The notes under the pieces were generated by a model. That model did no database searches, had not been told where the DNA came from, and saw only the letters and a list, made by a program, of their open reading frames with translations. Below, piece by piece: positions 18,080 through 26,403 of a stretch of DNA of 50,615 nucleotides. Made by a program: the position numbers and the translations under genes. The stretch spans positions 171,214 through 221,828 of the IMG/VR virus record IMGVR_UViG_2595698869_000001. One strand, given 5' to 3'. Numbering within the stretch: position 1 is the first letter of the stretch; each line of letters begins with the position of its first letter. This stretch comes from a virus. Its lineage: Duplodnaviria > Heunggongvirae > Uroviricota > Caudoviricetes.

Positions 18080-18528
18080 CCTATCCCATCCAGATCGATC
18101 CCGCGATCCTCGCCCTGGGCGCCGCCTGGAAGGCGGCTGACATCCTGGAGCGCGACCTGCGCGCCAAATGGACCTACGACAGCCACGACCGCGCCACCTA
18201 CGAGGCCTGGAAGCTCGCCGACGACGCGCGCAACGCCGCCTTCAAGGCGATGACCAGCGCCCTGCCCGATCCGGGCAAGCCGGTGTTCATCAGTCCCACC
18301 GACTGGCTGGCCCAGCAGGACAACTGGCGCACCTACTATGCGCCGGTGAAGGCCTGGAACTCGGCGCCGCACTGGAACAACTGGTACCCGTGCCTGGGCC
18401 ACTATGAGTTCAACGCCCGCACCGGCGAGCACTTCTACCGTGGGGCCGAGATGTACGACCGCTGCATCGAGGAGGCCGTCCGGCGCAATGCCGAGTACGC
18501 GGCATACTACGCCAAGAAGGCCGCCTGA
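18076..18528 (+). CDS. hypothetical Trp/Tyr-rich protein (150 aa)
   Basis: ATGA coupling. Confidence 0.8.
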   Translation: MTYPIQIDPAILALGAAWKAADILERDLRAKWTYDSHDRATYEAWKLADDARNAAFKAMTSALPDPGKPVFISPTDWLAQQDNWRTYYAPVKAWNSAPHWNNWYPCLGHYEFNARTGEHFYRGAEMYDRCIEEAVRRNAEYAAYYAKKAA

Positions 18529-18529
18529 C

Positions 18530-18778
18530 ATGACCAAGTCCGTCCAGGTCCAGCGCGGCAAGACCACCTACCACGTCACCTTCGACGAGGCCGGGCAGGT
18601 CTCGTCGATCATCGGCGTCGCGGTGGTCGGCAAGGTCCCGCGCTACAAGGGCGGCACGCGCCGCGTCACCTATTCCGGCGCCAGCAACGGCTGGCACGCC
18701 AGCGCCGGCCGCCCCATCCCCATGCAGCTTCGCCCGATCGCGGACGAGGCGTTCCAGATCAAGGAGGCCCAGTCTTGA
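18530..18778 (+). CDS. hypothetical protein (82 aa)
   Basis: ATG 1 nt after upstream stop. Confidence 0.7.
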   Translation: MTKSVQVQRGKTTYHVTFDEAGQVSSIIGVAVVGKVPRYKGGTRRVTYSGASNGWHASAGRPIPMQLRPIADEAFQIKEAQS

Positions 18779-19584
18779 GCGACTTCCAGCTTTCCGCCCA
18801 GCACCAGCGGATCGTCAACAACACGATCGACGCGCTGGACTATCTCTTTCGGCGCAATGGCGAGCCGTCCTCGGGCGGCGAGATGCCGTTCAACCGGCTC
18901 GATCTCGGGAGCATCGCCGACAACATCTCGGCCGTCCTGGCGGTGCTCCCCAGCCACGCCGACATCCTGACGAAGTACCTCTTCATCGCCCAGGGGTTGC
19001 TTCGCGAGATCGCCAACTACCACGCGGGCGACACCCTGGCGCTCGACCTGCGCCGGATGGCGCAAGCCCTGCGCCCCTTCTACAAGACCCGCGCCGCCGC
19101 TGGTCTGTCGCCGGCGGCCCAGCAGACCCTCGACTTCATGGTCGAAGGCCTGCGCTTCCTGGCCGAGAACGACTGCGAGCCTCCGTCGGGTGGCGAGCAG
19201 ATGTACAACCGCATCTCGCTTCTGAGCCGCACCGGCTCGGACGCCAAGCGCCTGCGCCAGGAGGCCCCCAACCTCGACGTGGTGATCACCCAGGTCGAGG
19301 CCCTGTTCATCGACCTCTGGCATTATCGCGCCATCGCCCTGAAGGACGTCCAGGACGCCTTGGAGGCCCTGGAGCCCTACTATGTTCCGCCCGCCTGGAC
19401 GGTCGCGCCGGCCCCTGCGCCGGCTAAGCCCGCCGCCCGCATCGTCTCGAAGGCCGAGGCCCTGGAACTCCTCGACCACATCGCCACGACGGCCTCCGTC
19501 CTGCGGATGCAGATGGGGCCGGCCAACGCCGACATCACACTGGAGCGGGTCAAGACGCTCGAAGCCTTCGTCAATCAGCAATAG
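18775..19584 (+). CDS. hypothetical protein with internal ~100-aa duplication (269 aa)
   Basis: EPSSGGEMPFNRLDL vs EPPSGGEQMYNRISL; TTG start after AAGGAGG. Confidence 0.75.
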   Translation: MSDFQLSAQHQRIVNNTIDALDYLFRRNGEPSSGGEMPFNRLDLGSIADNISAVLAVLPSHADILTKYLFIAQGLLREIANYHAGDTLALDLRRMAQALRPFYKTRAAAGLSPAAQQTLDFMVEGLRFLAENDCEPPSGGEQMYNRISLLSRTGSDAKRLRQEAPNLDVVITQVEALFIDLWHYRAIALKDVQDALEALEPYYVPPAWTVAPAPAPAKPAARIVSKAEALELLDHIATTASVLRMQMGPANADITLERVKTLEAFVNQQ

Positions 19585-19593
19585 GGGGCCAGC

Positions 19594-20043
19594 ATGACCA
19601 CTCCGCTCTGCCTGAATCCGGACGGCGCCGACTTCCAGGCCCAGGCCGTCCTCGCCCTGGTCCGCTTCATCATCGGCGACGACTTCGAGCCGTCCTGGAA
19701 CGCGGCGAAGCAGGTCTTCGAGGGCGAGCCCCAAGTCGCCCGCTTCGATAGCCCGCGCTGCCACGGCTACGTGATCTGGCTGGTCGATCACCGCGCGGCG
19801 GTGTTCGGCGGCGAACCCCGGCAGATCAACATCACCCTCTACCAACACGGGGTCAGCGACGAGATCGTCATCAACGCGTGGCTGGGCGAAACCAACCGCT
19901 GGATGGTCCCGACCTATCACGACATGCCCGGCCTCGATCTGATGTTCAGGCACGTGACCTTCCGCTGCCTGGACGTCAAGTCGGCCGCCTACTACGTCGC
20001 CGACCTGATGAAGGAGTTCTGGGCCGAGGGCTCGCCGCGATGA
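19594..20043 (+). CDS. hypothetical protein (149 aa)
   Basis: ORF with phage-like codon usage. Confidence 0.75.
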   Translation: MTTPLCLNPDGADFQAQAVLALVRFIIGDDFEPSWNAAKQVFEGEPQVARFDSPRCHGYVIWLVDHRAAVFGGEPRQINITLYQHGVSDEIVINAWLGETNRWMVPTYHDMPGLDLMFRHVTFRCLDVKSAAYYVADLMKEFWAEGSPR

Positions 20044-20342
20044 GCGACCACGATGCCTGCCTGACCAACTGGGTCCTCTGCGACGCGCCCGGCGGCGGGC
20101 TGGTGGTGATCGGCGAAATCATGGCCGACAAGCGCGGACGCTGGCCGGACGGGCGGCTCATCCATACCTCGCTCCTCCAGGCCAAGGCCGAGGCGGTGGC
20201 GCCGGGCGCGGTGGTCGCCACGCTCAACTCCCGCTACATCCTCGGGCGCAAGGCCGAGGAGATCACCGTCCGTCACTTCGTCGGGGCGATGCTCGCCCGC
20301 GTCGCGATCAGACCGCTTGACAACACTCTCGCGCCAACATAG
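20040..20342 (+). CDS. hypothetical protein (100 aa)
   Basis: ATGA coupling; its stop TAG lies in the -10 box of the next promoter. Confidence 0.7.
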   Translation: MSDHDACLTNWVLCDAPGGGLVVIGEIMADKRGRWPDGRLIHTSLLQAKAEAVAPGAVVATLNSRYILGRKAEEITVRHFVGAMLARVAIRPLDNTLAPT

Positions 20343-20345
20343 AAG
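20317..20345 (+). promoter_or_regulatory. sigma70-type promoter (copy 3 of identical 28-mer)
   Basis: TTGACA-N17-TAGAAG; GACGACAAC at 20353. Confidence 0.85.
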
Positions 20346-20409
20346 GGTCCTCGACGACAACGGCTGTCCGAAATTTGTAGACGGATTTCGGACATAGAGG
20401 AGCAACCCG

Positions 20410-20793
20410 ATGGCCCAGCGCCTGAAGATCAAGGAAGTCGTGGTGGCGCAGCAGGACGCTGTCTACCACTGGCGTGGTGAGGAAGGCGACGAGTATCAGG
20501 TCATGAGCCTCGTCCACGTCCAGACCCTGGACGGCCGCTGGTTCCTGATGCCGGCCATGCGCCCCTACACCCGCGCCGAGGAGGCCGCGTTCGACGAGGC
20601 CTGCGGCGAAATCCTGTTCGGGATGAAGACCCGCTACTCGGACCCGCAGGCCTTCGCCGCCATCGTCCGCGCCGCCGGCTCGATCGATCCTGATCTGTGG
20701 GTCGAGTATCAGCCCGACACCCGCACCCTGGAAGAGAAGTTCCACGACGACTGGGTCGAGGAACAGTTCGACCGCCAACGCTTCGCCGCCTGA
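20410..20793 (+). CDS. hypothetical protein (127 aa)
   Basis: GAGGAG SD. Confidence 0.8.
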   Translation: MAQRLKIKEVVVAQQDAVYHWRGEEGDEYQVMSLVHVQTLDGRWFLMPAMRPYTRAEEAAFDEACGEILFGMKTRYSDPQAFAAIVRAAGSIDPDLWVEYQPDTRTLEEKFHDDWVEEQFDRQRFAA

Positions 20794-20803
20794 GGAGGAC
20801 CCG

Positions 20804-21271
20804 ATGAGCTACCAACAAGCCCTGATGGACGCCCAGGCCGCGTTCCACGCCCACGAGATGGACGTCAACGACCGCGCCTGGGAGCGCTGGCTCAAGAAGC
20901 TGGAGGACGTCCTCGGCTTCGACGTCGACGCCGACAACTCAAAGGAGGCCAAGGCCTTCTACTGCGACATGGGCTACTCGCTCGACGAGACCTTCGAGAT
21001 GTTCGACAAGGGCATGAGTGTCGAGCAGGCCCGCGTCGCCATCCTGCGCGCGTGCTACGAGGCCGCCGCCCGCGCCGCCGGCGTGGGCCTGGACGCCCTG
21101 GTCGAGGCCGAGGCGCGCGCCGTCGCCACCCGCGACGCCCTGCCTGAAAAGCGCAAGGTGGACCGCGAGCAGTACGCCCGCTACGCCGAACTGCTGGGCA
21201 AGATGATCGCCCGCATCCGCGAGGTCGGCGACGACTCGGGCGCGGCGCTTGAGAAGGCGTTCGGCCAATGA
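20804..21271 (+). CDS. hypothetical protein (155 aa)
   Basis: GAGGAGG SD. Confidence 0.8.
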   Translation: MSYQQALMDAQAAFHAHEMDVNDRAWERWLKKLEDVLGFDVDADNSKEAKAFYCDMGYSLDETFEMFDKGMSVEQARVAILRACYEAAARAAGVGLDALVEAEARAVATRDALPEKRKVDREQYARYAELLGKMIARIREVGDDSGAALEKAFGQ

Positions 21272-21495
21272 GCGGCGGTCTCCACATGCGCCGAATCGAT
21301 CACCCGCCGGGCCATGAGCTTCACGGCGTCACCGAGCGCGAGTTCGAGTGGTTCGGCAAGTCCTACCACGTGCGCAAGGAGTCCGGCGCCGTGCGGGTCT
21401 GGGTCCGCAAGAAGCGTGGAAGCCACTACCGCTTCCTGTCGCGCGACAGCGTGATCGCCGCCTGCGTCCGCCAAGCCTCGGGGCTGTTCCAATGA
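21268..21495 (+). CDS. hypothetical basic protein (75 aa)
   Basis: ATGA coupling. Confidence 0.7.
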   Translation: MSGGLHMRRIDHPPGHELHGVTEREFEWFGKSYHVRKESGAVRVWVRKKRGSHYRFLSRDSVIAACVRQASGLFQ

Positions 21496-21884
21496 GCCGC
21501 CCGTCGATCGCGGTGGTCGCCGCCACGCCGGCCCTGGCGCCCATGCACTGGGAGATCGTCGACCTCAAGGTCTGCGACGACAGCCGGGTCAAGCTGAACG
21601 GTGATGGGACGATGTTCGCCCGCGCCGCCGACCCGACGGCGCTGGGCTGGATTCCGTTCAAGATCGTCCTGGGCTGCTTTGAGACCTTCGCCGACGCCTA
21701 CGAGGCCCGCAACAAGGCCCGGTCGCTCTGGTTCAAAGCGGCCGAAACGGTCGACGCCGCCGCCGAGGCGGTGGTCGCCGCCGAACAGGCCCTGGCGCGC
21801 GCCCGCGCCGTCCAGGCCCAAGCCGAAAGCGCCCAGCGCGCGTCCTGTCGCGAGCCGTTCCTCGGCACGCCCACCGACTACTAG
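21492..21884 (+). CDS. hypothetical protein (130 aa)
   Basis: ATGA coupling. Confidence 0.7.
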   Translation: MSRPSIAVVAATPALAPMHWEIVDLKVCDDSRVKLNGDGTMFARAADPTALGWIPFKIVLGCFETFADAYEARNKARSLWFKAAETVDAAAEAVVAAEQALARARAVQAQAESAQRASCREPFLGTPTDY

Positions 21885-21892
21885 GAGGTCCC

Positions 21893-22270
21893 ATGCGCAA
21901 GCCCAAGAAGACCGAGCAGGCCTATATCGTGTCGGGGACGTGGCCGTTTCCGACCGACATGCTGCGCTACGACGACGCCCGCCCGGCGACGGAGGGCGAC
22001 GCCAACCTGATCAAGGCCCTGGAGAGCGAGGACCCCTCGCTTTCGGACCTGCGCAACCGCGTCCAGATCAAGCTGATCCGCCCGGCCAACGGCCTGCCCG
22101 CCGTCAAGCGCTGGGAGTCCTTCCTCTGGAAGGTCGTGGGCGGCGACGAGGAGGTCGCGGCGGACGTGGCGTGGCGCGACGCCCTGGATAACCGCGACGC
22201 CCTGCGCAAGTCCGGCCTCGCCAAGCTGACTCCCGCCGAGCGCGCCGCGCTCAATCTCGACATCCGCTAG
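21893..22270 (+). CDS. conserved phage hypothetical protein (125 aa)
   Basis: AGGAGG SD; FPTDMLRYD...RWESFLW. Confidence 0.8.
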   Translation: MRKPKKTEQAYIVSGTWPFPTDMLRYDDARPATEGDANLIKALESEDPSLSDLRNRVQIKLIRPANGLPAVKRWESFLWKVVGGDEEVAADVAWRDALDNRDALRKSGLAKLTPAERAALNLDIR

Positions 22271-22284
22271 GACAAGGAGGTCCC

Positions 22285-22770
22285 ATGCCCTGCAATTCCG
22301 AATATCAACAGCCGAACGCGCGCGAAGCCGAGTCCAAGAAGGTCGCCGGCCTGCTGGTCTATGTCCACGATAAGCTGGGCCGCACCGATCTTTCGAGCAG
22401 CATCCGTACCATCGCCAACATCTATTACGGCGCGCCCGGCCGTTGCGATGAACTGACCGAACGGCTCTGCTCGATGCTGCGCGACCTGACGCTCGATGAG
22501 CAGAACGAGGTCATCTACGACGGCCGCAATCCCAAGGCGCGCGAACTGGCCGACTGGTGGGAGCGCCACCAGGAGCATGACCGCAAGCGCGCCGAGGCCG
22601 AAGCCCAGGCCGCCAAGCCCACGCTGAAGCAAGCCGTCTCGGCGGTGATCGCCCAACTCGACTATTCGGCCGACGGCAAGGTGTTCCCGACCGAGGGGAG
22701 CGATCAGCTTCCCCCGAAGCTGGCCAAGGCCCTGAACGACATGACCGACGCCTGGAACGACGGGCGTTGA
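22285..22770 (+). CDS. hypothetical protein (161 aa)
   Basis: AAGGAGG SD. Confidence 0.8.
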   Translation: MPCNSEYQQPNAREAESKKVAGLLVYVHDKLGRTDLSSSIRTIANIYYGAPGRCDELTERLCSMLRDLTLDEQNEVIYDGRNPKARELADWWERHQEHDRKRAEAEAQAAKPTLKQAVSAVIAQLDYSADGKVFPTEGSDQLPPKLAKALNDMTDAWNDGR

Positions 22771-22787
22771 TCGTTGGCTCCGATGTG

Positions 22788-22817
22788 TTGACAAGAAGCG
22801 GCGGCCTCCTGTAGAAG
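22788..22817 (+). promoter_or_regulatory. sigma70-type promoter
   Basis: TTGACA-N18-TAGAAG; GACGACAAC at 22825. Confidence 0.8.
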
Positions 22818-22846
22818 CATCCTCGACGACAACAGGAGGCCCCGCC

Positions 22847-23341
22847 TTGACCGACACCATCGCGCCTGGAACCGAGTTCGAAGACGCCGTCACCCTCGGC
22901 GTCGAGATCATCCAGTCCAAGCCGCCGCACCTGACCGCCCGTGAGGCGGTCGAGAAGTTCCAACACCAGCCGGACGAGTTCCGCCTGCTGGTGACCCGCT
23001 TCAACAAGGCGACCGCCGCCTTGCCGGCGGTGGTCCACGGCCACCAGTTGCAGTCGACCTGCGCCAAGTGGGTGCTCGACTCGGCCCAGCGGTTGATCGA
23101 CCTGCCGTTCGAGACGATCGAGCAGCGCGTGGCGTTCTACGCCAAGCAGATGACGCTCCCGGCCTATGGCTACCTGATGGATCGCTACAAGGACCGGCTC
23201 GACGCCAAGATCGCCATCATCCGGGCCTGCCTGGAAGACCGCAACCACGTCGGCGCCAGCTACAACCTGGGCATCCTGGAAGAGGACTTCCAGGAGATGG
23301 TCGACCGTCACGACGATCTGGTCTCGGACGGCTACCCTTGA
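22847..23341 (+). CDS. hypothetical protein (164 aa)
   Basis: TTG start after AGGAGG. Confidence 0.75.
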   Translation: MTDTIAPGTEFEDAVTLGVEIIQSKPPHLTAREAVEKFQHQPDEFRLLVTRFNKATAALPAVVHGHQLQSTCAKWVLDSAQRLIDLPFETIEQRVAFYAKQMTLPAYGYLMDRYKDRLDAKIAIIRACLEDRNHVGASYNLGILEEDFQEMVDRHDDLVSDGYP

Positions 23342-23348
23342 TGGGCGC

Positions 23349-23377
23349 TTGCAGCCGTCACAACTCCAGCCTAGCTT
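23349..23377 (+). promoter_or_regulatory. possible sigma70-type promoter for two-gene cassette
   Basis: TTGCAG-N17-TAGCTT. Confidence 0.45.
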
Positions 23378-23413
23378 CCTCGCGCCGCGCTGTTGCGGTC
23401 ATGAGGATTCGAA

Positions 23414-23674
23414 ATGGACAGGCTGAAAGTCAAGCTCTTCGCCAAGGGGATTCATACCTCGGCCGAGGCCCTGGTCGATGCGATCGCGGCGCTTCCGGAG
23501 GGGCCGGAGAAGGATGCGGTGGTCGCGGCCGAGAAGCAGTTGCACGCGCGGCTGAACTGGGGCGCGGCGAAGGCCGGCGAGTTCTTCGGGGACGAGTCGA
23601 TCTCGCTCCTGGCGCGGCGCCGCACTGGCGGCGAGGACAAGCCGGACGCCCCCGAGGTTCCGCCCGGCGGCTGA
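23414..23674 (+). CDS. small protein with C-terminal GG-x-x-KP tail (86 aa)
   Basis: GAGGA SD; ends RRRTGGEDKPDAPEVPPGG. Confidence 0.75.
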   Translation: MDRLKVKLFAKGIHTSAEALVDAIAALPEGPEKDAVVAAEKQLHARLNWGAAKAGEFFGDESISLLARRRTGGEDKPDAPEVPPGG

Positions 23675-23684
23675 CGGGTGCGTC

Positions 23685-24209
23685 ATGGGCCTGACGGGCT
23701 GCACCTTTGCAGTCCTGACGGCCGGCTCGGTCGCCTATGCGATCGACCGTGGCGGCAAGGCGCTGAAGCTCAGCGCCTTCCTGCTGCTGGCGTCCTGGGC
23801 GTTCTCGGTCACCCTGGGCCAGACCCTCAACGCGGGCATGAAGCCCTATGTCTACGCCTGGGTCGACGCCCTGTTCGCCGGCGCGATGGGGATATTGATC
23901 TCCGCCCGGCTCCAGCGCTGGCGGGTCGCCCTCTTCACCCTGGCGATCGCCCAGATGGGCCTCCACCTGATCATGATCGGGGTCTGGGATTTCTCGCTGC
24001 ACGCGCGGCGCCTCCACATCCTAGCCCTCAACCTGACCTATGGCCTGGAACTCTTCGTCCTGACGATCGGGGCGGCGACCTATCGCGCCGAGGCCGAGGA
24101 CGACATGCCGGCGGTGATCGAGGTCCAGCACCGCTTGATCGGGACCGACGACGGCCGCGTTCTCGATTGGCTTGAATGTGTTGACAAAGCCAGAGAGCCC
24201 ATCCTATAA
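23685..24209 (+). CDS. polytopic (4-5 TM) membrane protein (174 aa)
   Basis: Repeated hydrophobic segments; AYAIDRGG...WVD...RWRVALFTLAIAQMGLH. Confidence 0.8.
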   Translation: MGLTGCTFAVLTAGSVAYAIDRGGKALKLSAFLLLASWAFSVTLGQTLNAGMKPYVYAWVDALFAGAMGILISARLQRWRVALFTLAIAQMGLHLIMIGVWDFSLHARRLHILALNLTYGLELFVLTIGAATYRAEAEDDMPAVIEVQHRLIGTDDGRVLDWLECVDKAREPIL

Positions 24210-24210
24210 G
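24181..24210 (+). promoter_or_regulatory. sigma70-type promoter
   Basis: TTGACA-N18-TATAAG; GACGACAAC at 24218; GAGGAGG SD. Confidence 0.85.
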
Positions 24211-24238
24211 CTCCCTCGACGACAACGAGGAGGCCCCC

Positions 24239-24670
24239 ATGCCGAAGACAAGTCCCGCGACCCTCTCCCGCGCTCTCGCCTATCTGGCGATCACCGGCGG
24301 GACCTCCTGCCTGACCATCAACACCCGCGTGGCCATGCACCCCTACTACGATCTGGTGCCGCGCGTGGTCAAACTCGGCGAGACCGAGTTGACCCTGCAC
24401 GTCTACAAGCTCAACGCCGAGGGCAAGGCCCTGGCCGAGAAGTCCAAGCTCTGGCGCGGTCACCAGAAGCTCCTCGACATGGGCTTCCAGTTCAAGAAGA
24501 ACCGCCGGCGCCAGTCGTCGCGGTTCCTGTCCTACGAGCATGCCGAGCACATGGAGCGCAAGAGCCTGCGCGGCGCCTTCATCTCCGGCGATCGGGTCTA
24601 CGCCCAGCCGGCGCCGGGCCAGACGCCCGAAGGCAAGAAGGACTGGGACTACATCGAGGTGGCCCTGTGA
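24239..24670 (+). CDS. hypothetical basic protein (143 aa)
   Basis: Strong SD. Confidence 0.8.
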   Translation: MPKTSPATLSRALAYLAITGGTSCLTINTRVAMHPYYDLVPRVVKLGETELTLHVYKLNAEGKALAEKSKLWRGHQKLLDMGFQFKKNRRRQSSRFLSYEHAEHMERKSLRGAFISGDRVYAQPAPGQTPEGKKDWDYIEVAL

Positions 24671-25026
24671 GCGAACGCACCGCGATCGACATCCTCCGCC
24701 ACGCCGCCGAACTCCTGGAGACGCGCGGCTGGGGCCAAGGCGCCACCGTGGTCGACACGGCCGACGCCGGCGGCGCCCTGTGCGCCAATATCGCGCTGGG
24801 CCTCGCCTCGGTCCGCATCGACCCCAAGGACTACGCCGCCTACACGGGCGCCCAGGTCGCCCTCCTGAAGCATCTGGGGATCGACCTGGGGCCGGCCCTG
24901 CTCCAGAAGACCACCAAGTCCAGCCTGATCATCGAGTGGAACGACGCGCCCGAGCGCGCCGCCCGCGAGGTGACCGACGCCCTGCGCGGCGCGGCCGACG
25001 GCCTTAGCCGGGAGGCGCAGCCTTGA
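24667..25026 (+). CDS. DUF6197-like protein, paralog 1 (119 aa)
   Basis: RGWGQG...GGALC...EWNDAPERAAREV; GTGA coupling. Confidence 0.7.
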   Translation: MSERTAIDILRHAAELLETRGWGQGATVVDTADAGGALCANIALGLASVRIDPKDYAAYTGAQVALLKHLGIDLGPALLQKTTKSSLIIEWNDAPERAAREVTDALRGAADGLSREAQP

Positions 25027-25403
25027 TCACTCCCGTCCAGCAAATCCTCACCGACGCGGCCGTGCTGCTTGAAGAGCGCGGCTGGGGCCAAGGCAACGAC
25101 ACGATCCGGACGGCCGACCAGGGCGGCGCCATGTGCCTCAACCTCGCCCTGGGCGCAGCGCCCTCCGAGGACTTGGAGACCTTCCGCGCGGCCCAGTACG
25201 CCCTCATCAACCATCTGGGCCTGGAGGTGGTCACCGAATATGATCGCTTCGCCGGCCTGATGCGTGAGATGCCGGGCGTGACCCTGGTCAACTGGAACGA
25301 CGCGCCGGGACGCACGGCCCGCGAGGTGACCGACGCCCTGCGCGCGACGGCGCTGTCGGTGGTGGTCGACGCCCTGGCGGCGGCAGAAGAGGCCATGGCC
25401 TGA
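25023..25403 (+). CDS. DUF6197-like protein, paralog 2 (126 aa)
   Basis: RGWGQG...GGAMC...NWNDAPGRTAREV. Confidence 0.7.
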   Translation: MITPVQQILTDAAVLLEERGWGQGNDTIRTADQGGAMCLNLALGAAPSEDLETFRAAQYALINHLGLEVVTEYDRFAGLMREMPGVTLVNWNDAPGRTAREVTDALRATALSVVVDALAAAEEAMA

Positions 25404-25747
25404 TGCCGCGTCCCGCCCAACGCCGCCACGCCCTCTACCTGCTGGTCGTCAGTTGCGGCCCGCTGGTGATCATGAAGGGGCCGGAGGCCTTCACCCCCTG
25501 GCCGGTCCTGCGCAAGGCGATCCTCAAGACCATGCGCGAGGCGCACGGGCTGAAGGCCTCCGAGGTCTCGGCCGTCGAGGGTCTTGCCGATCCGCGCAGC
25601 GAAGACCCGCAAGACCGCAACGCCGTCGAGAAGTTCGCCGCCGCCTTCGCCGGCTCGGACAACTTCCCGGCCTTCCATCTCTACGCCTGGACTGGCGAAG
25701 GCTTCGCCCTGGTCCGCGCCCCTCTGGAACAGGAGACCGCCGCCTGA
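25403..25747 (+). CDS. hypothetical protein (114 aa)
   Basis: TGATG coupling. Confidence 0.7.
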   Translation: MPRPAQRRHALYLLVVSCGPLVIMKGPEAFTPWPVLRKAILKTMREAHGLKASEVSAVEGLADPRSEDPQDRNAVEKFAAAFAGSDNFPAFHLYAWTGEGFALVRAPLEQETAA

Positions 25748-26403
25748 TGCCGCTCTACCTGACCCAGTACCCCCTCGACTGGCCCGGCACGACGGCCAAG
25801 GGCGGCGCCAAGACGACGCTGTTCGCCCGCGATTACGTCGAGGCCGAGGCGTTCTGCAAAGCCCGCAAGCTGGGCGAGGTCCTGATCGACCCCGCCGAGC
25901 ACATCACCGCCCGCGACGCCTCCGTGCTCAACCACATGCGGCCCGAAATGCCTTCGGACCTCCTGCGGCGCCGGCGCTACAGCGATGCGCTCCACGCTGG
26001 GGCCTTCCTGTCGTTCGTGGGGCTGAAGTCCGGCTATCTTCAGGTCGAGGAACTGCTGGGCGATGTCTCGCCCGTCCACGAACTGGCCCACTGGGTGATG
26101 TTCCGGGACATGCACGCGGAAAGGGGCGCGGCTTGGAAGCCGCCTTCGGCCGAGGTGCTGATGAGCCATGCCGATCGCCTGGAGATCATGGAACGGCAGG
26201 TCCCCGGCTTCCACCCCCGCTCGATCTCGTACACCGAACCACGGGGGCTTCCGATCGAAAGCTGGGAACGCGCCGAGGCGATCCGGCAATGGGACCTGGA
26301 GAAGCTCGCGGGCTTCGCCGATGACTATCCGCGCCAGCGTCGGATCGTCCAACGTCAACGCAAGAAGCGCGCTGAGAAGATCGCGCGACTGGAGAACGCA
26401 TGA
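25747..26403 (+). CDS. hypothetical protein (218 aa)
   Basis: TGATG coupling. Confidence 0.75.
   Translation: MPLYLTQYPLDWPGTTAKGGAKTTLFARDYVEAEAFCKARKLGEVLIDPAEHITARDASVLNHMRPEMPSDLLRRRRYSDALHAGAFLSFVGLKSGYLQVEELLGDVSPVHELAHWVMFRDMHAERGAAWKPPSAEVLMSHADRLEIMERQVPGFHPRSISYTEPRGLPIESWERAEAIRQWDLEKLAGFADDYPRQRRIVQRQRKKRAEKIARLENA

Noticed and set aside
23414-23674. Lasso-peptide precursor (Thr at -2, Gly1, Glu9 in TG|GEDKPDAPE)
   Set aside because: No lasso cyclase, peptidase or RRE gene is in the window, and the leader is long and helical. It is kept only as a generic peptide hypothesis.
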